Assembly: GCA_963693365.1 (NCBI GenBank)
Contig: CAVNZM010000007.1
Location: 3,903,962-3,967,961 of the forward strand
DNA length: 64,000 nucleotides
Source: Amoebidium appalachense
Taxonomy: Eukaryota > Protista > Ichthyosporea
Reading direction: 5' to 3'
In this document: in pieces, positions 35,748-64,000 of the stretch
How positions within the stretch are numbered: the first letter of the stretch is position 1
How the letters are laid out: each line of letters starts with the position of its first letter
The notes under the pieces: model-generated
What the model saw: only the letters and a program-made list of their open reading frames with translations
The model's database searches: none
Told to the model about the DNA's origin: nothing
Position numbers and translations under genes: made by a program

Positions 35748-35930
35748 GGGGAACCCCAACTAATTGATTTCTCCTTGTAGTCTTTATGATGTCTCGTAGA
35801 GAAAGTAAACCCTGATATATAGTCACCACCCGACATCTATGTACGTGATCATGATATACCGCTGAGGGGATATTCCGAGCAAACCCCCCCCCCCATACCT
35901 GAGACTGGTTCTCTTTGCCTCGAGTAAACA
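33867..35930 (+). mobile_element. 5'-truncated, frameshifted LINE (non-LTR retrotransposon) RT fragment
   Basis: RT motifs across frameshifts: HPCQSAFRKNNS, FIDWKTAYDSV, GLLQGSLLSPFLFN, LLYADD, YKYLGVP. The C-terminal region runs to about 35614. An A38 tract lies at 35709-35746. An 11-bp direct repeat CTAGTGACTTA at 33856-33866 and 35931-35941 is the likely TSD. Confidence 0.85.
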
Positions 35931-37055
35931 CTAGTGACTTATGTACACTGTATGCAATAAAACAACCCAATAAAGTCATTATAAAAAAAATTTTTTTTTG
36001 ACTGAAGTTCCCGCGAAAATCTACTCATGCGGGTGTCACTGTCAGTGCCGCGTGCCTGAGAGTGTGAGCCGCGGCTGCCTCACAGAGGCATGCAATAATA
36101 CACATACATATTCATAAAGTTATGTGCGTAGAATATTGGGATATATATGGTGCGTAGTTTTTATGCAAATAAAAAGTTTTTCAACGGTTTTTATATTTTT
36201 GTGTGTATGTGTTTATGAAAACCTTTGTGTCCATGACCAAGAGGATGACAGTGCGACAAACCGTTGATGAGTGGCTACCCACTCGGCCACTCAGATGGCG
36301 CATCGGTCAAAAAAATTCAATATTGTGCCCCGGTACGTTCACGCGTAGGTAAGTGTTTTTGATACTAAATAATGAGTAAATTTGTGCACATCGCACGAAA
36401 ATTAACGGATGTTATATGTCAGTATGCTGTTAATATTGCTAGGATCTTTTCTTAACATAGCCTATATATTATTGCCGGTGCCAAGGAACGACCTGAGTCA
36501 GCCTCATGAGCCCCATGCACCCTGACTTGCTACATGCCGGCGAAACTCCTGATCTGTCTGAATACAACGCACCAATCATTGAACATAATTTGGCTTTAGT
36601 TTGCTCTGAACTGTTTAAATCCAATCATGCACTGATAAAGTCATGAAAACGTGTATCCGGTTTTGCTTTTCGGTGCCTTCTGACGGTGTGCAGTGCAAAC
36701 AAGGTTTTTGCTCAAAGTCTGGTCAGTTATTATTTATATATTTATTTTGTAGAGCTTTTTGCTTTTTCGTTCGGTGATGTTTCACTCTTTTTGTGCTCAG
36801 AACTCTAGGTGTAACTAAATGCTTTTATTTGAAGGTCAATATGTGTGTTATATAATAAGGATGTCTCTATAGAGCTTAGGCTGGCACAACGGCAAAACAC
36901 CGTCTTGCTTAGTTCAAAATAAGCGAGCAACACGGCCTTGCAGATTCTACGTCATAGTTTCTCTACCTTGATGTCGGTTTACTACACTTCTATATCTTTT
37001 CCCATCCCAGTTTTCCATAACCTATCCCGCTACGCAGGCGGCAGCAGCTAGCATC

Positions 37056-38186
37056 ATGGGCTGGCTAGCACGCTACCTGGAAGTGGGTGGGGACACAGAC
37101 ACTTACAGGACGGGTCTGTCCCCCGATCAAACAAGACACGCAACCGAGCGAAGTCTCTTTTCAGTTAGATACGACTCTACCGAAGTCCAACTGGTTAAAT
37201 CCGTTCATCGGGAAAGATCCTCTGGGCTGCCTGCTTTGCACATCAGCGATTCCGCCAGCACGATTAGTTTGGATGATGTGCGCACACTTGCCTTTCGACC
37301 CAACTCCCTTCCCACATCTCAGCACCCGAGCGTGGTTTCTGCACGCGTGCAGAAGAGGTCCAGCAGCGCAAATGTTCCAGGAGCGACGAGGGAAAGAGAC
37401 GGAAGCGTACACGACGAAGATTGCATGGACGCCATAGATTTTCTACGCGAGCCATCCGAAAGGTATAGGCATAGGAAGAGCCTGTCGAGGTCGAGCAGTG
37501 TCGGTGTAAGGTCGCTACACGAAGAGCCGGTTGCAGAGTATCAGTATGATGCGTTTCAGCCAGGCAAAGAGGAAGGGACAGAGGAGGTAAAGGACTTGCA
37601 GTTTGAGATGGAGGGTGAGGGAGGGCAAGTGAGCGCACAGGTAACATCCACGGAGGATAGGGGGGTTGAAACGCACGCAGACGAAGGAGCAGGAATGGGT
37701 GTAGAGACGAAGGAGAGTGAAGCAGACGACACCGTGTTTGCTGTACAATCAGCGGCAGAGCCTGCTGTGAAAAAATCTACCCCGCCTGTGAAAAAACCAG
37801 ACCCGTTTAACGAGCCGGTTAGTAACGCACCCGCACCGGGACCTTTTGGTGAGGCCCCCGCCACGACGCACCAAAGCGAGGATAGACATGTTTTTAGGGA
37901 GGAGGTGACAACGAGTTGCATGTTCAACCCATTTAAGGCGAAGCAAGAGAAAAAGGCACTGCAGAGACAGAGGCTGATTGAGCAGCAGTTGGCATTGCAA
38001 GGGGCGGGGCTGTTGGACACGTCGCTCGACATTGCCGGGGTGCAACAAGATTTGTGGAGGCAGAGGAGACAGAGGAAGATGTACGGTGTGATGGAAGAGT
38101 TGGATGAGGAGTTGAGGGATGCGGCGCTTGGAGGCCCATCACCTACGCAACCGATAATGATTGCACCCGTACAGCGGTGGGTCTAG
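37056..38186 (+). CDS. Hypothetical single-exon protein, 376 aa, acidic/Ser-rich and probably largely disordered
   Basis: Long ORF in non-repetitive sequence with an ATG in good context (AGCATCATGG). Short C-terminal helical/coiled-coil segment (KQEKKALQRQRLIEQQL). No domain recognised. Confidence 0.7.
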   Translation: MGWLARYLEVGGDTDTYRTGLSPDQTRHATERSLFSVRYDSTEVQLVKSVHRERSSGLPALHISDSASTISLDDVRTLAFRPNSLPTSQHPSVVSARVQKRSSSANVPGATRERDGSVHDEDCMDAIDFLREPSERYRHRKSLSRSSSVGVRSLHEEPVAEYQYDAFQPGKEEGTEEVKDLQFEMEGEGGQVSAQVTSTEDRGVETHADEGAGMGVETKESEADDTVFAVQSAAEPAVKKSTPPVKKPDPFNEPVSNAPAPGPFGEAPATTHQSEDRHVFREEVTTSCMFNPFKAKQEKKALQRQRLIEQQLALQGAGLLDTSLDIAGVQQDLWRQRRQRKMYGVMEELDEELRDAALGGPSPTQPIMIAPVQRWV

Positions 38187-39320
38187 TATCTTGCTGTTGT
38201 CATGCATGGGGTAAGGGTGAATTTGTGTTTAAACATGCACGAGCAGGAATATAGACATAGCCGAAACGCGCCAGAAAATGGCTGCATATAGGGACATATA
38301 TGAGCGAATGTGTTAACTTAATCGGGGTGAATACATACAGGAGCACAATATACGCAAACTTCAGGCATGATACCATACACGCATGCAAAACACCTAACTT
38401 TTGACACCCAACACTTGTTTACATAGCCATCAATCTCCGCCCGCCGACGATTCTTTTTATCTTCGGCAAGTATTTGGCCAAAGCCGCGCGACTCCTGAGC
38501 TATTCCCCAGCCCCTTTTTATGGTGTGCTAGTTTAGAGTTTTGTGCCTGTCCTCCTCATAAGTTAACAGTAGACACCTTGATTTTTCTCTTTTCCCTCTT
38601 TCTGTTTCTCAACTTGGTTTTTAGTTTTTCTAAGCCCTTGGAATTTAGGGACGACTGGGGGAGAATACTAATGGTGTGGGGCTACAGTTTAGCTGTGTCT
38701 GTTTCAAATCCCCCCCTTTTTTTTTCCTATGGTACGAAACTCGCGATTTTTGGGGAGTAGCTTTCTGGAAGTGATAAATATAGCACGAAATGTAAATTAT
38801 GAACTAGTTTCGGTAGGCTGGTCCATCGAAATGGTATTCATGCATCTGTGTGTTGTCCCTGAGTGGATATACGGAGAGGTGATTGGCAGGCTGGATGGCT
38901 GCATACACCGCACGTGCACAAACACGTGCACTTGCACACTGCCTCGAGTACACACAGACAAACAGGCACGTGTACAGGCACAGGAGCATGCACACACAGT
39001 TAGCGGCACGCACATGCACATACTCGCACCCACAGGCGCATATCCGTTCGTGCGTTACAAACTGGGAGATGGATTACCACGGCCATAGGTCTACACAGGA
39101 GTACACACATCCGCACGCGTGTGCACACATCAGCACACACACACACGTGCACACACAAACACGCATGAACATAACACACACACACACACACACACCTAAA
39201 CCGTGCAGGGAGGTGTCGCAGCTCATCACACTAGAACATCCTCACGTGCCGAGACACAAAGCTCAACCCTCCCCCCCTTCCCCCCCCCCCCCCCCCCCCA
39301 GAAAACACACACACTCTCTC

Positions 39321-39369
<49 letters not shown>

Positions 39370-40068
39370 GTTGCTCGCTCACACACACACACACAACACG
39401 CACACATACACATGCCGCGCGCACATGCACACACACAAAACACCCACACCCACACACACACACATGCACACCCACATGTGTGTGTGCGTGCACACACAAA
39501 CACACACACACACACACACAAACACACACATGCACACGCACATGCACGCGCGCACAATGTCCACACGGGCGCACGGGCGCACGGGCGCATGCACATACAT
39601 ACACACACATATGCACACATGCACAACACACTTTTACACACATAATGCCCATCAGCCCAATTTGACAGGCACACACAAAAAGAGAGAAAGAGAGATAGAG
39701 GGAGGGAGGGAGAAAGGGAAAGAGACTAACTCCATTTAAAACACATGCAAACAAACATACAGGCACGCACACTGACACATGCTTGCGCACACACACACAC
39801 ACACACACATTCTGAAAGCGCTTCACACATACACTAACCGTATACACACCGTGACAAAGTCACGCACGTACACACACACACGACACACACTTGCGTAAAC
39901 ACAAATTTTTACACACAACACACATCCACACACAAAGATAGCCTGTACTCGTAGAAACACACACACACGACCACATTCACACATACTGGCACTTACTAAC
40001 AAACACGCTTGCACACACAATTAGACAGGCACTAACAGACACGCACATACACACACTTCACATGCACA

Positions 40069-40148
<80 letters not shown>

Positions 40149-40238
40149 CACACATGCACACACACCAGCACCCTCCAAGTTATTGCACACATTCCGTGTG
40201 CGAACTACAACCATGCGCATCATTGACAGAAGCAAAAA

Positions 40239-40297
<59 letters not shown>

Positions 40298-41807
40298 GTC
40301 AACTACTCAGCACTCGGTTTCCTTGCACAGTGGCTGCACACCATGCTTGCAAGTAATAATCGGTACATCAAGTTTATTATAGGTTTTGCCTATATATGGT
40401 AGCCTAAGGGCCTCTTTTTGGGATGATGCACAATTGCGATATAAAGGAACGATGCAGAAATTCTGACATAAGACGCTAAACACCAGAGCCTGTTCTGGTA
40501 ATGATCAAGGGGTTATAATCAACAAGAGGCAAACCCACAGGGGGGGGGGGGGGGAGATTAAATCGGGCGGGGGGCACTATAGCGTAAATGACAAAGTTCG
40601 GAGTCCCGGCACTTACTGCCCCCTTTTCCTTTTTTTTATTTTTTTTTATTACCACCATCATCAGTATTATTTGATACATAGGGCAGATGATTCTTGTTGT
40701 CTTTTCATCTGGTCGATATACTGCCGGGCGTGATATAGTGATTAATATTCAGCTAAATGCCGTTGCATGCTATTTACGTTTCCCACTAAACCTCTGCACA
40801 GGCAACTGCTGGAGTTTATCCTTGGGAACCGGCCCCCGATAAAAAGGGGGAGGGAGAGGGTGGGGGGGGGGAGATGGGGGGAGAGGGGCATATCGCACAG
40901 CTATCTAATATAGTAGGTTCATTTGGTGGCTACGTCATTTAACATGAGGGGCGCCGTATCGTGAGCCATTTTGCCTGATGATCAGAGTGTAAGAATAGAG
41001 ATGGTGACATCCGGGGGAGGAGGGGGGAGGGGAGGGGGGAGGGGGGATCCGGAAGGAGGGGGGGGGGGGGGGGGGTGGAGAAGAGGGCTCAAATATACGG
41101 GGGGGGGGGGAGTGGGGGGGAGGGGGGATGGGCACTCACGAGAGGTAACTGTAATCAAAACGTGCAAACGAATTCTTTGTTCCAATATTGCACCCGCACA
41201 TCGATATCCACACACATCTAAAGCCAGAGACTCCGAGGGTTACAGACAAACACATGATCACAACACAAGATGGATCTAAAGGCATTAAAAATGTGTGTAC
41301 GCAGAAAAAAATACATGCAATCTCTCCGCAGCACATATACGAGCCGTTGTGGACAACACACACCAACACACACACACACACACACACACACCTACCCACC
41401 CACCGCACACACTCCCAGAGTGCACACACACATACTCATGCACAGGTGCAGGCACAAACACCCTACACTCACAGGGTGTACGGTAAATTACTTACCGTAG
41501 CACACACCATGTGCATGCACATGCGCATGCGCATGCAACCATGCAAGCACCTGCCAACATCAAATGTACCGACCCGTTCATATGCCATGGGCACCACCAT
41601 CCATATATACTATATATAGGTACACACAAAGCAGCCCAGCCAAACCGAGGCCTAGACCGGGTTTTGAACCACTAAATGCAACATTAGCAGGCCGCTAAGG
41701 GTTCAGTGTCTGGCAGTGCCTATGGCTAGTTGGATCCCGATGTATGTGTTTGGGCATGCACATGCACTCACTGCGTGCTCCCCATGCCACCAAGCCCTAT
41801 ATACTAC

Positions 41808-41927
41808 TGTAGCAACACGATGACAATGTGAATGGGCACGTGCACAGCGTGCCCATACACTGCCATATGTAGCAACACGATGACAATGTGAATGGGCACG
41901 TGCACAGCGTGCCCATACACTGCCATA
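41808..41927. repeat. Perfect 60-bp tandem duplication
   Basis: TGTAGCAACACGATGACAATGTGAATGGGCACGTGCACAGCGTGCCCATACACTGCCATA occurs twice. Confidence 0.95.
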
Positions 41928-42130
41928 GCTGCTGCTAATACACACAGCATACTCATACAGGCACAGACGTGTAGGGCCCTTGTGGAAACGCACAGAAGAA
42001 TAAAACCATGTACGCAGACGGATGTGATCACGTGCGCACACTGACAGCCAGTGACTCACGCACATGTCCCAAAAAACACCACACAGACGGATGTACACAC
42101 ACGCACCGCGCGCACGCGCGCGCGCGCGGC

Positions 42131-42207
<77 letters not shown>

Positions 42208-42579
42208 CACGAAGCACCGAACAGCCTCACGCATCGTAGTAGCCATGGACCAACGAAGACACAAACAGGACCGCGGCTCGCTCATGCGTCTACATCAAAT
42301 TTTATTTTTAAATACTAAGATACTAAAGCTTAAGCTCTAAAAAAATGTGTGTGCAATCAAAAATACGGTGAGAAAAAGGCCGTAGCTTGCCATTCATCAA
42401 ACGTTAAATAGAACAAATCATAGTATACCATTCAAAAACACAATGCATTGCATATGATCTTTGATATCCAGTGAACATCAAATTCTGAAAATACCAGATC
42501 TTAAAATCAAAAAGAAACTCAATTAAAATTCGGCTAATTTCAAAACAAGGCATGCAGCCGCTGTGTCATTATGACGTCA

Positions 42580-63068
<20,489 letters not shown>

Positions 63069-63797
63069 GGGGAAAATGCTGGAGAGAAGTGCTAGCTGTG
63101 TGCTGTTTTATACCTCTCCGGTCACGCACACACGCCGCACGCACACCAACACACACACACACGGGCCAGAAAAACTGTGCAGTCAAAGAGGCGGCCTTGC
63201 TTTTCACAGCCATCTTTCAACCAGCCGGCGCAAAATCCATTCTCCCATACGGGGTTCAAAATTTTTGATTTTCTGGCCATCCGGGGCCAGGCGCATCGCG
63301 CGGCTGCAGCCCGCGCCGGGCCAAGCCCCGCGCTTTGTATTATTGCAAGTAATGAAAAGAAAACATATTGCAAAGAGCAGTTGCACGGCCCTCTGAGGGC
63401 CGTGGCTGTTGCAAAGCCATTCAAACGGGCAGCTCATTATCACGTTGATATATGCGTGCGTTCCTTCATTATTACCTAGTCTGAAGCTCTTGCATTCATA
63501 GAAGGAGTATTACAGGCAGGATCGTTCGACCGCCTCCCCCACCCCCCCCCCCCCCCCCCCCCCCCCCTCTCCCCCCACCGCGCGCCACAAGCCCACCCCC
63601 TCCCCCCACCTTTCTCCCCAGGGCCCTCTCCCTCCGCTTCCCCCCCCCCCCCCCCCCCCTCCCCCCCCCCCCATCCTCCCCTCTCCTCCGGGCGACCGGG
63701 CCCCCCTCCTCTTCCCGAGGCTCCCCTCCCGGCCGCACCCAGCCGGCGCACGCACACACACTGTACACAGACACACACACTGAGCACACACACAAGC

Positions 63798-63878
<81 letters not shown>

Positions 63879-63879
63879 A

Positions 63880-63927
<48 letters not shown>

Positions 63928-64000
63928 TGGCATGGCATTATCTAACTTATTAATATGAGATCTAGAGAGGGAGAGAGAGAGGGAGAGAGAGAGGGAGAGA

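Noticed and set aside
29663-35930. ORF1-like gene plus RT treated as one full-length LINE
   Set aside because: The RT fragment has its own 11-bp TSD starting at 33856, no endonuclease region lies between the two, and their base composition differs.

Overview
Eukaryotic genomic DNA. Its introns are saturated with (CA)n/(GT)n, (GA)n and poly-G/poly-C tracts, so almost all of the supplied ORF track is low-complexity noise. Manual splicing (GT-AG, phase-consistent) recovers three minus-strand genes: a 3'-truncated F-box/LRR gene (3005 to below 359), a 10-exon M20/DapE-like metallopeptidase (13422-4639, about 375 aa) and a 26-exon oligopeptidase B (63068-42580, about 771 aa). On the plus strand, an intronless BTB/KCTD-SPRY gene is split by a very young, full-length Ty1/copia element (15294-21171, 765-bp LTRs, GGAAG TSD). 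The 3' LTR of that element places the gag ATG in frame with the host SPRY domain. The window also holds a decayed, partly tandem-duplicated plus-strand gene (22.1-27.4 kb), a transposon cluster at 28.3-36 kb and a single-exon 376-aa hypothetical gene. The cluster comprises a LINE-ORF1-like ORF interrupted by a non-autonomous LTR element with an unusual PBS, plus a 5'-truncated LINE RT with an 11-bp TSD. The most notable signals are the Gag-coiled-coil::SPRY chimera, a PBS complementary to a tRNA 5' end, repeated tandem amplification of 3' splice sites in the oligopeptidase B gene, an inverted exon copy, and an intron bracketed by (GT)n and (CA)n. All calls were made by eye, without database searches.
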